From Ruminococcus albus 7 = DSM 20455 (GTDB lineage: Bacteria; Bacillota; Clostridia; Oscillospirales; Ruminococcaceae), in the NCBI RefSeq assembly GCF_000179635.2, contig NC_014824.1:270001-302000 (forward strand): a stretch of DNA of 32,000 bases, written 5' to 3'. Of this stretch, positions 1 through 9,872 are shown in pieces. Both the position numbers and the translations under genes were made by a program. The notes under the pieces were generated by a model. That model ran no database searches. It had not been told where the DNA came from and was given only the letters and a program-made list of their open reading frames with translations. Position 1 is the stretch's first letter. The number at the start of each line of letters is the position of its first letter.

Positions 1-521
1 TGGATTTTAGTTCATTGATTTCAGTATACAGTTGGGAAACTAATGAGGGTTATGAATATGAAGTGATTAATCGCGATACGATTTGTATCACAGGATATAG
101 TGGTTATGATGCAGAAATAATAATACCTGATAAAATAGATGGTAAAAAAGTTACTAGCTTAGGGGAAAATTCTTTTAGGTATACCGGAATTAAAAGCATA
201 ACGATACCCGATGGCGTAAAGAGTATAGGGGAAAATGCTTTTGATAATTGCGAATACCTGACAAGCATAACTATTCCAGAAAGTGTAGAGAAAATAGAAG
301 GCTATACTTTTTGGGGTTGTGATAATCTGGAGAGCATAACGTTACCCAATAGCATAACTAGCATAGGGCAATGTGCTTTTGGCGGCTGCAAAAGCCTGAC
401 AAGTATTACTATACCATATAGCGTTACAAATATTGGAGATTATGCTTTAGGATATAAAATGTTATTAAGGTTTGATGAATATGAGAAACTCCCCAATTTC
501 AAAATTTATTGCTACAAAGAC
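1..521 (+). pseudogene. Surface-protein gene, 5' segment (BspA-type leucine-rich repeats). Open at the window start and disrupted after codon 519-521 by the 522-9885 insertion
   Basis: The frame is open from nt 3. It contains tandem ~23-aa units of the form ITIPxxVxxIGxxAFxxCxxLxS (LRR_5/BspA pattern). Beyond nt 521 the frame reads 21 insert-derived codons and stops at 584. Confidence 0.8.
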
Positions 522-532
522 GCCCAACACAT

Positions 533-544
533 CACCTTATCAAC
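533..544 (+). repeat. Left terminal inverted repeat CACCTTATCAAC of the integrated element
   Basis: Its exact reverse complement is present at 9861-9872. Both copies lie 11 nt inside the AC junction dinucleotide. Confidence 0.7.
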
Positions 545-557
545 ACTAAAAAATACC

Positions 558-589
558 GAAATTCAGCATTTTTTCAAATGCTGAATTTC
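558..589 (-). terminator. Perfect 14-bp hairpin (GAAATTCAGCATTT / AAATGCTGAATTTC) at the recombinase 3' end
   Basis: A 14-bp perfect stem with a 4-nt loop, followed by a T-run on the minus strand (rc of 547-557). The recombinase stop codon lies in the loop. Confidence 0.6.
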
Positions 590-2126
590 ACCTCAATACC
601 TGTTTCATCGGATATAAGCACGACATCAATCATCGCTGCCGCTATATCGTGCTTTTCCTGAACCGTCAGTTTATCCCACTGCTTCATAGGTTCTTCCAAA
701 GGCTTTGTGTCGATTGCTTTACGCTTACGGCACATAGTCTGCAATTTTTTATCAAGCTTCGATTTCTGTTCGTGCAGGGCGCTCACACGCTTCTGAATGT
801 AGTCAAAAAGTACGCTGTCCGCATCAGCGAGCTTTTCCATGAGCTTCTGGATCTCACCGTCAATGTGAATGATCTCTGTCTTGATACTCTCCGTTTCGGT
901 GTCGGGCTTGCTGTCCTCACGCTTTGCGATTTTGAGCTGTTCGATACGCTTCTGCATTTCTTCCAGCACAGCGTCCTCGACCTGTTTCGGCTTTAACTGA
1001 ATGGGCGGAGTGGGACAGCCGTTCAGCGTGAACTTGCCGTAGTCGATGAAGCGGTGATACACACACCTTTTCTGTTCGCACAGTGATTGAAGTGCATCGC
1101 ATAGCCGCAGCAGGCACATTTCACCATACCCACAAGCCAAGAGTTCATAGCCTTGCCGTTTGTCGGGAACTTGCTCTGGTGCGACTTCCTGTCCTGCACT
1201 CTCAGCCACGTTTCCGCAGGCACAAGCCCCTCATGGTATGCTACCTTGACGAAATGCGTATCATCAAGCCCAGCGTGGATAAACAAGCCGTGAATGCCGT
1301 CATAGGCTTCAATATCGTCAAGCATTTCATATCCTTTGGAAAGAAAATAGCGGTAGACCTCTTTGTCAGCCCTCACATACAGCGGATTTTCAAGGATACG
1401 GCTCAGGTGCGACCTGTCAAGATTGGAAATGCCTGTTTTCGTGCGTGGTGTCGGTCTTGAAGCATTGATACCGTTCTCCGTCATGTAGCGGATAATATCG
1501 GTCAGAGAGTTTTCGGGATGCTGATACAGGTCATACGCCACACGCACCGCCTCCGCATTCTCCGAGGGAACAAGCACCGAGCCTGTTTTGCCGTTAATAG
1601 TCCGTCTTTCGGGAGTGTAGCCGAACTGAACTTTACCGCCCTGATAGAATCCTGTTTCTCTTGCCTTAGTCTGGAAAGCATCGGCTACACGGGCAGCGAT
1701 AGTCTCACGCTCAAACTCTGCGAAGTTTAGCAGATTGTTTCGCATCATACGCCCCTCTTTTGTCTCCGTATTGAACGGCTCGGAGAGGGAGTAGACGGTC
1801 ACACCATAGCGGTCAAGCTCGTCCGTGATATTCAAGTATTCCCTCATATTTCTACTGAAACGGTCATACTTTTTCACGATAATTCTGCTGATAAGCCCCT
1901 CACGGGCATCGCTCATCATCTGCATAAATGCGGGACGGTGCATCACATCTTTGCCCGACTTGCTGTCATCGCAGTAGATACGATAGTCGCATTCGCCCAC
2001 AAATCTGATACACTCCTCCTTCTGTGCGGATATGGACAGCGAATTGTTGCCCTTATCCTTGTCACTAACGGATCGACGAAAGTAAATTGCCGTGATACCG
2101 TCGTTTGTTTTAGTTGATTTTCTCAT
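574..2126 (-). pseudogene. Large serine recombinase (resolvase domain + recombinase domain + zinc ribbon + coiled-coil/DUF4368-like C-terminus), split by a frameshift near nt ~1080-1100
   Basis: The N-terminal ORF 1023-2126 has AIYFRRSVSD (catalytic Ser context) and a KCACCGYAM zinc ribbon. The C-terminal ORF 574-1209 continues the family pattern (EQKRCVYHRF..., long coiled coil) in another frame. The two ORFs overlap by 187 nt. Confidence 0.85.
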
Positions 2127-2188
2127 TGTTGACCTCCAATTGCATCAGCATAATCGTAACTGTAATTCTTTTTCGGCAGATTGCCAGA

Positions 2189-2377
2189 TCATTCAGTTTC
2201 TTTCTTTGTTCCGTTGCGGCGCATTGCACCGAGGAAAATATCGTACATCTTGTTGATCTTCTGCTGTCTGATTGTTTCGGGAACATCATCAGGGTAAGAA
2301 ACTCTAACCTTGATACCCTCATCAGACACATAGGGGGCTGCCTTCTCTCTTTTCTCTACGGCAGATGTTGTATTCAA
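2189..2377 (-). CDS. Small 62-aa protein upstream of the recombinase. Its size and position recall TnpW-like transposon proteins (tentative)
   Basis: An ORF co-oriented with and immediately upstream of the recombinase. It contains a VRVSYPDDVPETIRQQKI motif. No domain could be verified. Confidence 0.4.
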   Translation of the reverse strand: MNTTSAVEKREKAAPYVSDEGIKVRVSYPDDVPETIRQQKINKMYDIFLGAMRRNGTKKETE

Positions 2378-2648
2378 ATTTTAGTCCTTTCCGACAGCTT
2401 TCTCTTTGTCGCTGTCTGTCATTTCAGGTTTGGTTATCAGCATCATCGCTTCTTTCAGCGATAGAAGTCGTAGCCATATCATCACCACCATTCTGAAATT
2501 TTAGTCGAGCCGAACTACTCAGCCCATACTAAAATTATAGCGCACTTTCGGGGTGAAAGTCTATTCGCAGTGCGCATGAAGCCCCGTGCGCCATAAAACT
2601 TTTCTTATCGTGAAAATGTTATGTGAAATTTTGAATTGGGCATAAAAA

Positions 2649-2673
2649 ATGCAGAGCCGGTGTTGCTCTGCAT
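2649..2673 (-). terminator. Hairpin terminator ATGCAGAGC-N7-GCTCTGCAT
   Basis: A 9-bp perfect stem followed by a T-run on the minus strand, downstream of the 2722-3165 gene. Confidence 0.6.
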
Positions 2674-2721
2674 GAAGATGGTATTCGGTTTTATTATCTG
2701 AATCGTACGCTTAGATTATTC

Positions 2722-3165
2722 TTAGTCCATACGGCGAAAACGATATAATTGCAAACTTGTAAATTCATCTTTGTTATGCTCCTTATACACGCCAATTTGA
2801 CGGAGCAAGTAGTTGATTACACCATTGCCTTGCATTGGTTCTATCGCTATGCTGCCATTCTCAAATAAAACACCTGTTTGTGTTCCATATCCACCAAAAT
2901 AATCTGTTTCAATATACATGATCTGTGCGTCTTTAGATTCCTGCAACAAAAAGCTAATGACAGAATCAGATAGATAATTGAACTGAGGATATTTATGAGT
3001 ATCAGCAGTATCAAACAACTCCTCAATATCGTCAAATAAGCTATCATTGAGAAATGACATTCCATAACCCTGCGGAAGTATATTTTTCTCTGCATACACC
3101 CAATGATCTGAAATGTTTTGAATAACATTCTCTTTTGCAATAATAGCTCTTATCATATGTCCCAT
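2722..3165 (-). CDS. Hypothetical protein, 147 aa
   Basis: An AGGGAGAG RBS lies 6 nt before the ATG at 3165 (MGHMIRAII...). The TTG start at 3204 in the ORF track is unlikely. No motif was recognised. Confidence 0.6.
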   Translation of the reverse strand: MGHMIRAIIAKENVIQNISDHWVYAEKNILPQGYGMSFLNDSLFDDIEELFDTADTHKYPQFNYLSDSVISFLLQESKDAQIMYIETDYFGGYGTQTGVLFENGSIAIEPMQGNGVINYLLRQIGVYKEHNKDEFTSLQLYRFRRMD

Positions 3166-3710
3166 GAAAACTCTCCCTGTTTTTACGAGCACGCCGACCT
3201 CCAACTCTTTCCCCTAAATTATAACACACCGCCCCCAAAAATGCAATCCCATTTCCGAAAAATCCACCCTCCAGAATCACCGTCATCATCAACAGAAATC
3301 CCATGTTGAAACTATGCAGGAGGGAGAATCATCATGAACAAACTGTAAACTTTTCAGAAAATTATGCCAGAATCCTCAAATTTCACGGTAGATAAGTGAA
3401 GGGGTATTTTCATGGGCGATCAGGCAGGGCAGAAATTTGAATGTAACGATAAGTGTATCGACATTCAAAATCGGCTCAGGGAGAGCTGAACGGAAGGTTT
3501 CACCAGACTGCCGCCCACCCAGCATCATAACTGCGCCGAAGCCCAGTAAAATACTCTCAGAGCCGTGCGAATACAGAGAAAAGTCGCATAGCTCGTACAT
3601 GAACTTTGTTCATGTATATCACAGCAGGAGCGTGAAAAAGTGCCGAAGAACGGCGAAAAACAAGTGAGGGCGTGGAACGCCCGATCAATTTTCACAAGCA
3701 CGGTATGTCG

Positions 3711-3797
3711 TATTACGATTATGAAAAATCGTAAACCACATACGGCTTGTTAGGGGAAAATTCCCCTAAGACCCCTGAGAGGTCGGCACAGCCGACC
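3711..3797 (+). other. Cluster of short perfect inverted repeats upstream of mobC (candidate oriT region)
   Basis: The repeats are TTACGATT-N6-AATCGTAA (3711-3732), GGGGAA-AA-TTCCCC (3753-3766) and GGTCGGC-ACA-GCCGACC (3781-3797). oriT commonly lies upstream of mobC and relaxase genes. The nic site was not identified. Confidence 0.25.
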
Positions 3798-3818
3798 GAG
3801 ATACAGAAAGGAGACACA

Positions 3819-4394
3819 ATGTCAATATTCAAAAAATCGGGCGAGGTAGATTTCACTGAACCGCCCGAAACCAGCGAGGGCGAATCACCACCGCAGGACA
3901 CCGAGCCGAGCGAGGTACGCAAGCACCTGATTACTTTCAGAGTGAACGACATGGAACTTGAAGCAATCAACCGCCGATATGCGGAAACATCGTTCAAAAG
4001 CCGTGGCGATTTTTGCAGGTATTCTGCACTCATCGTGATGAATGTTGAGGAAGATACCGAGGACATAAAGCAGATAGCGAGGTACATATCGTCTATCTCC
4101 AATTCGTTCAATCAGGTAGCCCACCGTGTCAATAAAGGCGGAAAACTTTACGATGAAGATATTTCCGATATGAAAGCGAGATTAGAGGAAGTTTGGCGAT
4201 TACTCGTATCCATACGATCCACACGGGAACATACGGTGCAATTGCTTATATCTGCAACCCGGACAAAACCGCAGACGGCAAATATGTTGTTAGCAACCTG
4301 TGCGTATCTTCTCCATGTGGAGCATCAGAACAGTTCAAAAATATCCGAGAGTGTGTCGGCACAGGACGAAGCCGAAGCGAGTGTCAGCACATAA
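3819..4394 (+). CDS. mobC: MobC-type relaxosome accessory protein. Its 3' end overlaps the relaxase frame by ~200 nt, so the native stop is probably lost
   Basis: An AAAGGAG RBS precedes the ATG at 3819. The motif HLITFRVNDMELEAINRRYAETSFKSRGDFCRYSAL...SNSFNQVAHRVN fits the bacterial mobilisation protein MobC pattern. Confidence 0.7.
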   Translation: MSIFKKSGEVDFTEPPETSEGESPPQDTEPSEVRKHLITFRVNDMELEAINRRYAETSFKSRGDFCRYSALIVMNVEEDTEDIKQIARYISSISNSFNQVAHRVNKGGKLYDEDISDMKARLEEVWRLLVSIRSTREHTVQLLISATRTKPQTANMLLATCAYLLHVEHQNSSKISESVSAQDEAEASVST

Positions 4395-5094
4395 TACAAT
4401 CGTTTGCTCCGGGGGAAGTCACTCCCGAACGTGCTTTGCTTATCGGGCAGGAACTTTGCAAGGCACTTTTCAATGACAAGTATCAGTATGTGCTTGCCGT
4501 CCATTGCGACCATGAACATATCCACAATCACATCATCGTGAACAATGTGAACTTCTACACGGGCAAGACCTTTGAAACCGAGCATAATCAGGGCAAAATT
4601 CCCGACCGAGCGTGGAGCAAACTCCGCACGATTTCGGACGAACTATGCAGGAAACACGGACTTTCTATCATCGAAAATCCGCATCTTTCAAAGGGTAAAA
4701 GCCATTGGGAGTGGGAGCTTGACCAACAGAATTTGTCGTGGAAAGAACAGCTTAAACGAGCCATTGACGAGGTTATCAAGGTCAGTGAGGACTTTGAGGA
4801 TTTCCTTGCGAAATGTGCCGATTTCGGAATACTTGTGGACTACAATCCCGACCATAAAATCGACCTGAAATTTATGCTTGCCGAGCAGAAAGAACGCAAT
4901 TCGAGGGCGAAATTCACAAGAGCGAAAACGCCCGAACAGATTACGCACAGCAGAGTGCGGAGCGTAAAGCCCTGAAGAAAGAAGCGGACAGACTTTCAAG
5001 GCTTGCGCAGCAGAAGCGTGACAGTCAGAGAACGCTTGACCGATATATGCAGAACGAACAGGCTGCCAAGAGAAAGAAAGGTCAGCTTGAATAA
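4193..5094 (+). pseudogene. MobA/VirD2-family relaxase that is degraded: TTG start, internal deletion with frame change near ~4940-4960, and the extreme C-terminus retained in another frame up to 5094
   Basis: The relaxase core HCDHEHIHNHIIVNNV (histidine triad) is present. The ORF stops at 4975 after ~260 aa. The downstream frame encodes a ...KALKKEADRLSRLAQQKRDSQ... tail ending TAA at 5092-5094. Confidence 0.75.
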
Positions 5095-5109
5095 AGAGAG
5101 GAAGATTTT

Positions 5110-5621
5110 ATGAGTAGAATAGGTTATATCCGTGTTTCCACGGAACATCAGGAGACAGCGAGACAGCAGGAGATCATGGACGGCTATCAGGTAGACCGCA
5201 TCTTCTCCGAGAAGATTTCGGGAGCGAACAAAGACCGCCCACAGCTCAGGGCTATGCTTGACTATGTGCGTGAAGGCGATACGCTTTACATCGAAAGTAT
5301 CAGCCGTTTAGGACGCTCCACAAAGGATTTGCTGAACATCATTGACACTCTCACCGAAAAGGGTGTCACTCTCATCAGCCACAAGGAAAACATCGACAAC
5401 GTGAGGGCATCGAGATCGCTAAGGCTCAGGGTAAGTACGCAGGGCGTAAACCCATTGAAATCGACTGGACGAGGTTCGGTCAGCTTTATGGGGAATGGAA
5501 GTCAAAGAGCATCACGGGCAGGGACTTTATGCGGAGAATGGGCTTGTCGGCTAACACCTTTTACCGCCGTGTGCGTGAGTATGAAATCCGTCACGGCATT
5601 GCCGAGCCTACCTCTGCTTGA
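5110..5621 (+). pseudogene. Small serine recombinase (resolvase/invertase) with an internal deletion and frameshift at ~5400
   Basis: The N-terminus MSRIGYIRVSTEHQ...RLGRSTKDLL is intact. After ...HKENIDN the family sequence resumes in a different frame (REGIEIAKAQGKYAGRKPIEIDW...FYRRVREYE, an HTH) and ends TGA at 5619-5621. About 40 codons are missing. Confidence 0.8.
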
Positions 5622-5699
5622 CAGCCCCCTCAGACGAACGGAAAAGTCCATCAGAGCCGTTCGAGCCTGCGGAGCGGAAAACTAACCGCCTGAAAAGAA

Positions 5700-5740
5700 A
5701 AGACCTGAGAAGTGCTTGTGTGAGCAAATCTCAGGTCTTT
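5700..5740 (-). terminator. 11-bp hairpin AAGACCTGAGA / TCTCAGGTCTT
   Basis: A perfect stem followed by a T-rich run on the minus strand, ~100 nt downstream of the 5845 stop. Confidence 0.55.
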
Positions 5741-5844
5741 GTGAGTTATTCAGTTCCAAAAGGGTATGCTGTCATTGTGGCGCGCGCCATAATTCCGATA
5801 TGGACTTGTGTGGAACGGATTACAGGTGTTCCAATAGACTACGG

Positions 5845-7326
5845 TCATTTGAACTTCTTGACAGTAAAGTACCGAGTAACACTTGAAATGATCATCATAA
5901 GGATCATCACACTCAGCACGGCAAATGCGATCAGGAAAGAGTACGGAAACCACACACCGATCATTTTGTAGCTTGCAAAGCCATAACCTGCGATGCTGAC
6001 TGCTATTCTGGGGAGCAGGGGGGTCAATACAAGCAGCGGCACCAGAATGCAACATTGTTTGCATAGTCTTTTCTTCTCTTTTGCAAGGTCTGTCTGCTTC
6101 TTGTCAAGGCGCTTTCTCTGCGTAAACATCATAAAAAGCACCAGAATAATACCGATCAAACTAACGATTGTGATACAAGACGATACCTTATCCATAGTCG
6201 AGCAAGGATCTAACAGTTCAAACTGTTCTCTGTTGATCTGTTCGCCCTTCATGACTTGATAAAGTGAGTTGCCTGCATAATCTGCTATGAATGTCCACAC
6301 GTTTGAAACGGAGAAAATGCCGATGTCCCGTTCTTTATCGACAAGAATGAAAGAGCTGAAATTTGCGTTCGTTCCCGTGTGATACAAAAAGCCGTCATAA
6401 TCTATCCATCCGTTATACTGTACCATACTGTTACCCATGTCGATCTTGTACACATCGGGAGCTTTTTGTGAAGCAGTAATAGCGTTTGTTAGTTTTTCCG
6501 GCAGCTCCAAATGTCCGAGCTGTGCTTCTATCCATAGCGACATATCCTTCGGTGTGGAACGCAGACCGCCGTCACCCGAAGTCAGCGAAAATTCAGGTTC
6601 ATCGTATGGCCTAAGTTTCAGGAATAACCAGCGGTAGCCCTGTGTTGTCGGAATATGATATCCGCTGTGTATCATTCCGATCGGCTGCAATATTTCCTTT
6701 GTGACGTATTCTTCAAAGGGCTGACCGCTGACGGTTTCTGTGATATATGCAAGAATGTCATAGCCGAGATTACAGTATTCAAACCTCGTTTCGGGTTCAT
6801 AGACAAGCTCGATGTTTTCGGCAATGTGGGCTATTTCCTCATTGGAAACTGTGTTGTCTTCGACCGGATACTGCATCATCGTTGTGTTGGAAATGCCCGA
6901 ACAGTGTTCAAGAAGCTGCCATATCTTCGTATCCTGCGATGCTCCGTTCCAAGTCACGATCCACCACGGCAGGTAGTCCGATACGCTGTCCTCAACCGAG
7001 AGCTTACCCTCCTCCTGCAATAGAAATACAGACAGTGCAGTAAATGCTTTTGAGCATGAGCCGATGCCGAACACAGTGTCCTCAGTTACGGAAGTTTGCT
7101 CCTCGATATTGGCATATCCCCAATTCTTGAAACCGACCTCCGAGCCGTTCACCAAAGTAACGGCAAGTCCGGGCGGATCATCTTTCTCTATTTTTTCTTC
7201 AACAAAAGCACTCCACTCCGTATTATCCAAGACGGTATCCGCAGCAGATGCCTGAAGCGGTGCTGCGATCAGAATAGGCAGCGTAAGAGTTACTGCTATT
7301 GCTTTCAGTATGAAATTTCTGATCAT
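5845..7326 (-). CDS. Beta-lactamase-fold serine hydrolase (class C / PBP4*-like) with a signal peptide and C-terminal transmembrane anchors
   Basis: The three family motifs are present: SxxK (SCSK), YxN (YCN) and HTG. The N-terminal signal reads ...APLQASA. Hydrophobic C-terminal helices follow. The ATG at 7326 overlaps the upstream stop (ATGA), and an AAGGAG RBS is present. Confidence 0.85.
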   Translation of the reverse strand: MIRNFILKAIAVTLTLPILIAAPLQASAADTVLDNTEWSAFVEEKIEKDDPPGLAVTLVNGSEVGFKNWGYANIEEQTSVTEDTVFGIGSCSKAFTALSVFLLQEEGKLSVEDSVSDYLPWWIVTWNGASQDTKIWQLLEHCSGISNTTMMQYPVEDNTVSNEEIAHIAENIELVYEPETRFEYCNLGYDILAYITETVSGQPFEEYVTKEILQPIGMIHSGYHIPTTQGYRWLFLKLRPYDEPEFSLTSGDGGLRSTPKDMSLWIEAQLGHLELPEKLTNAITASQKAPDVYKIDMGNSMVQYNGWIDYDGFLYHTGTNANFSSFILVDKERDIGIFSVSNVWTFIADYAGNSLYQVMKGEQINREQFELLDPCSTMDKVSSCITIVSLIGIILVLFMMFTQRKRLDKKQTDLAKEKKRLCKQCCILVPLLVLTPLLPRIAVSIAGYGFASYKMIGVWFPYSFLIAFAVLSVMILMMIISSVTRYFTVKKFK

Positions 7327-7976
7327 CAAGTATTCTCCTTTTTACAAATGTTATCTATTTTACTTTGAACAAACAATTTCAGAGCAAGTAATCCATAGCT
7401 CATCAATGAAATCAAAGCATAGTATACAATACCGAGTATAGCCGCCTTAAATAAAGTCAGGCTTTCTGCCGGTACCAAGCCATATATAAGGTTACCTGTA
7501 ATTAGAAAGCGAATATAATCAAACAGGAAGTAACACATTGCCATAGCCGGGGCAATCATAATTCTTCTGAAACGATCTTTTTTATCCTTTAACTCAAATT
7601 TTGTCGCAAACAAAAACATTGCCAAAACCAACATGGGATTGATTCCGTGCATGAAGAAAAACATATCACTAAAATTAAAATTGAACCAACCTAAGAACTT
7701 AAAAAACACAGTACAAAAAACGGTCAGTATACACGGCAGAACTAATTGATACATCATCACAGGCAAGGCTTTCTTTCTGATAAGACCTACGATCCCGTCA
7801 AATAGCAATAACAAGCCACATAAGGAATTTGAAATAAAAGTCAACTCATGCATCAATGAAACTTGAAAATGATATCCAACAAGCACCGTGAATAGTATGA
7901 ATGCCCCCACAATCATTTTTGTTATTCTTTTGATAGTTCTGTCTGCATAAGATACTCTATTTCCTTCATAACTCAT
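7326..7976 (-). CDS. Polytopic integral membrane protein, unknown function
   Basis: 216 aa with about 6 hydrophobic helices. It is translationally coupled to the hydrolase gene. A GAGGT RBS is present. Confidence 0.7.
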   Translation of the reverse strand: MSYEGNRVSYADRTIKRITKMIVGAFILFTVLVGYHFQVSLMHELTFISNSLCGLLLLFDGIVGLIRKKALPVMMYQLVLPCILTVFCTVFFKFLGWFNFNFSDMFFFMHGINPMLVLAMFLFATKFELKDKKDRFRRIMIAPAMAMCYFLFDYIRFLITGNLIYGLVPAESLTLFKAAILGIVYYALISLMSYGLLALKLFVQSKIDNICKKENT

Positions 7977-8079
7977 AATTGTTTACCTCATAATCTTTCC
8001 GATTTTTATGAGCAAAATGAGAGCTTACTGCAATAGCTCACTTTATCAGTTTCAGGCTCATCAATATATGATCACCTGT

Positions 8080-8811
8080 CTAACCGTTGTAATCATAAAA
8101 CAGCTTATCAAGCAGCTTGTCAAGCCCACGCTTGTCACCGAGGGCAGCCCTGATAAAAATGCCGATATTGCAGAGCATCAGCTTCAGATAGAGCCAGTCA
8201 CCCATATCATCGTATTTTCTTGTGGAATTGATAAGTACGTTTTTATGCAGAACGGTATATTTCTTTCCTTTACGCTTACCATATGCTTTCAATAGCTTGG
8301 CAGTCGCAGCATCTTCCATAGCTTTCTTTTCCACAAATCCGCCTATTGCCTGAAATGTTGATTTCTCAGCCCAGAAGATACCACAGTACAGTCCCGTGAC
8401 AGCAAAAGACACTCTACACAGCAGATCATTCAGATACAGAGGAACAGAATATCGCTCAAAGCGGATCGGCGCTCCGCCGCCGATATATTTGCCTGTGTCC
8501 AGCAAAAAAGCGATCTCTTTCAGCGTTCCTTTCGTCATACGGTTATCGCAGTCTATGGTCACAATAATATCGCCAGTCGCATTAATGATCCCTGCGTTTC
8601 TGACCTTGGCAATACACCTGTCACCGTTGGAAATGACCTTTGCACCATGTTTCTCTGCGATCTCTGCAGTCCTGTCAGTACAGCGATTGCAGACAACGAT
8701 GATCTCCACCTGACCGCCGTAATACTTTACGGCGGCTTTTATGGAACGGATACACCTTGCCACATATTTTTCCTCGTTATGGGCGGGAATAATAACCGAG
8801 ATGCTTTTCAT
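8080..8811 (-). CDS. Family 2 glycosyltransferase
   Basis: The N-terminal motif ISVIIPAHNEEKYV and a DxD motif (IDCDN) are present. Confidence 0.85.
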   Translation of the reverse strand: MKSISVIIPAHNEEKYVARCIRSIKAAVKYYGGQVEIIVVCNRCTDRTAEIAEKHGAKVISNGDRCIAKVRNAGIINATGDIIVTIDCDNRMTKGTLKEIAFLLDTGKYIGGGAPIRFERYSVPLYLNDLLCRVSFAVTGLYCGIFWAEKSTFQAIGGFVEKKAMEDAATAKLLKAYGKRKGKKYTVLHKNVLINSTRKYDDMGDWLYLKLMLCNIGIFIRAALGDKRGLDKLLDKLFYDYNG

Positions 8812-9428
8812 GATGATGTTTCCCTCCGCAGATATATCTGTTTCCAGTGATCTATCATTTTCAGATAATCATGTTCCATATCATCGGCATTTAAGCTGCC
8901 ATTGCTTATCTTTTCAAATAAATAACCTTCACAGGCAAGATATATGTTCCTATATATCATTTCAAGGTCAAGACCTTCTATAAACTGATCAGGGGTAATG
9001 CTGATATTAGTAGTCTGATAATCAAATCTTGAATAGCTGTCTATAAAGTCCGAAACGTCCGCTTTTACCTCTGGTTCATTATCATAGTATGCTTTCAGTT
9101 CAAATATCACACATTCAGGGTATGAACGAAGCATATCGGTTATTGTCTTTAATGAATGTGTAAAAGCATCAAAAAAGTTCTCGCTGTCATAGCATCCTTG
9201 TTCTTTTATTCTTTGACTCTTTATCTCAGCACAATATTGCAGAAGATACAGATAAAGCTCTTTTTTGTTCTTAAAATAATAGAATAAAAGAGATTTGCTT
9301 ATCCCTGCTTCTGCTGCGATCTCATTTATAGGGCTTTTCTTGTATCCATATTGCGAGAATACACGCAGAGCAGCATTTATGATAGAGGTGCGCTTATCAT
9401 CTGGCAAACTAAGAAAGCTGTTATTCAT
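8808..9428 (-). CDS. TetR/AcrR-family transcriptional regulator
   Basis: An N-terminal HTH is present (AALRVFSQYGYKKSPINEIAAEAGISKSLLFYYFKNKKELY). The stop overlaps the GT2 start (ATGA). Confidence 0.9.
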   Translation of the reverse strand: MNNSFLSLPDDKRTSIINAALRVFSQYGYKKSPINEIAAEAGISKSLLFYYFKNKKELYLYLLQYCAEIKSQRIKEQGCYDSENFFDAFTHSLKTITDMLRSYPECVIFELKAYYDNEPEVKADVSDFIDSYSRFDYQTTNISITPDQFIEGLDLEMIYRNIYLACEGYLFEKISNGSLNADDMEHDYLKMIDHWKQIYLRRETSS

Positions 9429-9440
9429 ATTATCCCCCCC

Positions 9441-9489
9441 TTGACCGCTTGGTCAATTAAATTATAACACGACTGACCGTTTTTGACAA
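9441..9489 (-). promoter_or_regulatory. Sigma-A-type promoter plus candidate TetR operator
   Basis: On the minus strand: TTGTCA (9484-9489), a 17-nt spacer, then TGTTATAAT (-10 at 9461-9466). The palindrome TTGACC-N4-GGTCAA (9441-9456) lies between the -10 and the RBS. Confidence 0.55.
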
Positions 9490-9512
9490 GACCCTTTTCA
9501 TAATTAAAAAAA

Positions 9513-9553
9513 CAGGGCAATGCCTTCCACTCACGGAGGACATTGCCCTTTCC
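9513..9553 (-). terminator. Hairpin terminator downstream of the 9570-9803 gene
   Basis: An AGGGCAATG...CATTGCCCT stem followed by T7 on the minus strand. Confidence 0.55.
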
Positions 9554-9569
9554 TTATGTTATGATCGTA

Positions 9570-9803
9570 TTAGTCCTGAATTTCCTTCATCATAGTCGCA
9601 CCGTTCTTAAATCCGATCTTGTAGGCTAACCTCATCTCGGCAGTAGCAGCGGTATCACTCACGCAGTCGAGAATTTTGTGGAATACATCGATCTGCTCCT
9701 CACTCAGCGAATTTTCAAAGGGGATACAGAGCTTGTTAAACTCGTCAGAAAACTCGGCGGCGTGAATATCGCCCTGCCGATAGTTGTAAAGTACATCAAT
9801 CAT
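9570..9803 (-). CDS. Hypothetical 77-aa protein at the right end of the element
   Basis: An ORF with an AAAGGA RBS and its own terminator. No motif was recognised. Confidence 0.5.
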   Translation of the reverse strand: MIDVLYNYRQGDIHAAEFSDEFNKLCIPFENSLSEEQIDVFHKILDCVSDTAATAEMRLAYKIGFKNGATMMKEIQD

Positions 9804-9860
9804 CGTTATTTCGTCCTTTCAGTTTTTTGTAAAACCAATCGTCCGATTAACAAATATTCC

Positions 9861-9872
9861 GTTGATAAGGTG
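9861..9872 (-). repeat. Right terminal inverted repeat (GTTGATAAGGTG on the + strand)
   Basis: This is the reverse complement of 533-544, at the same 11-nt spacing from the AC junction. Confidence 0.7.

Noticed and set aside
649-1730. Plus-strand ORFs 649-996, 1083-1460 and 1518-1730, and minus-strand ORF 917-1117
   Set aside because: They lie entirely inside the serine recombinase gene, either antisense or in an off frame. They have low-complexity or odd composition and no RBS, so they are shadow ORFs.
3376-3600. 74-aa minus-strand ORF and 76-aa plus-strand ORF between the hypothetical gene and mobC
   Set aside because: Neither has an RBS or a recognisable motif. They overlap each other in a region that looks like decayed non-coding or remnant DNA. 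They may be gene debris, but no call can be supported.
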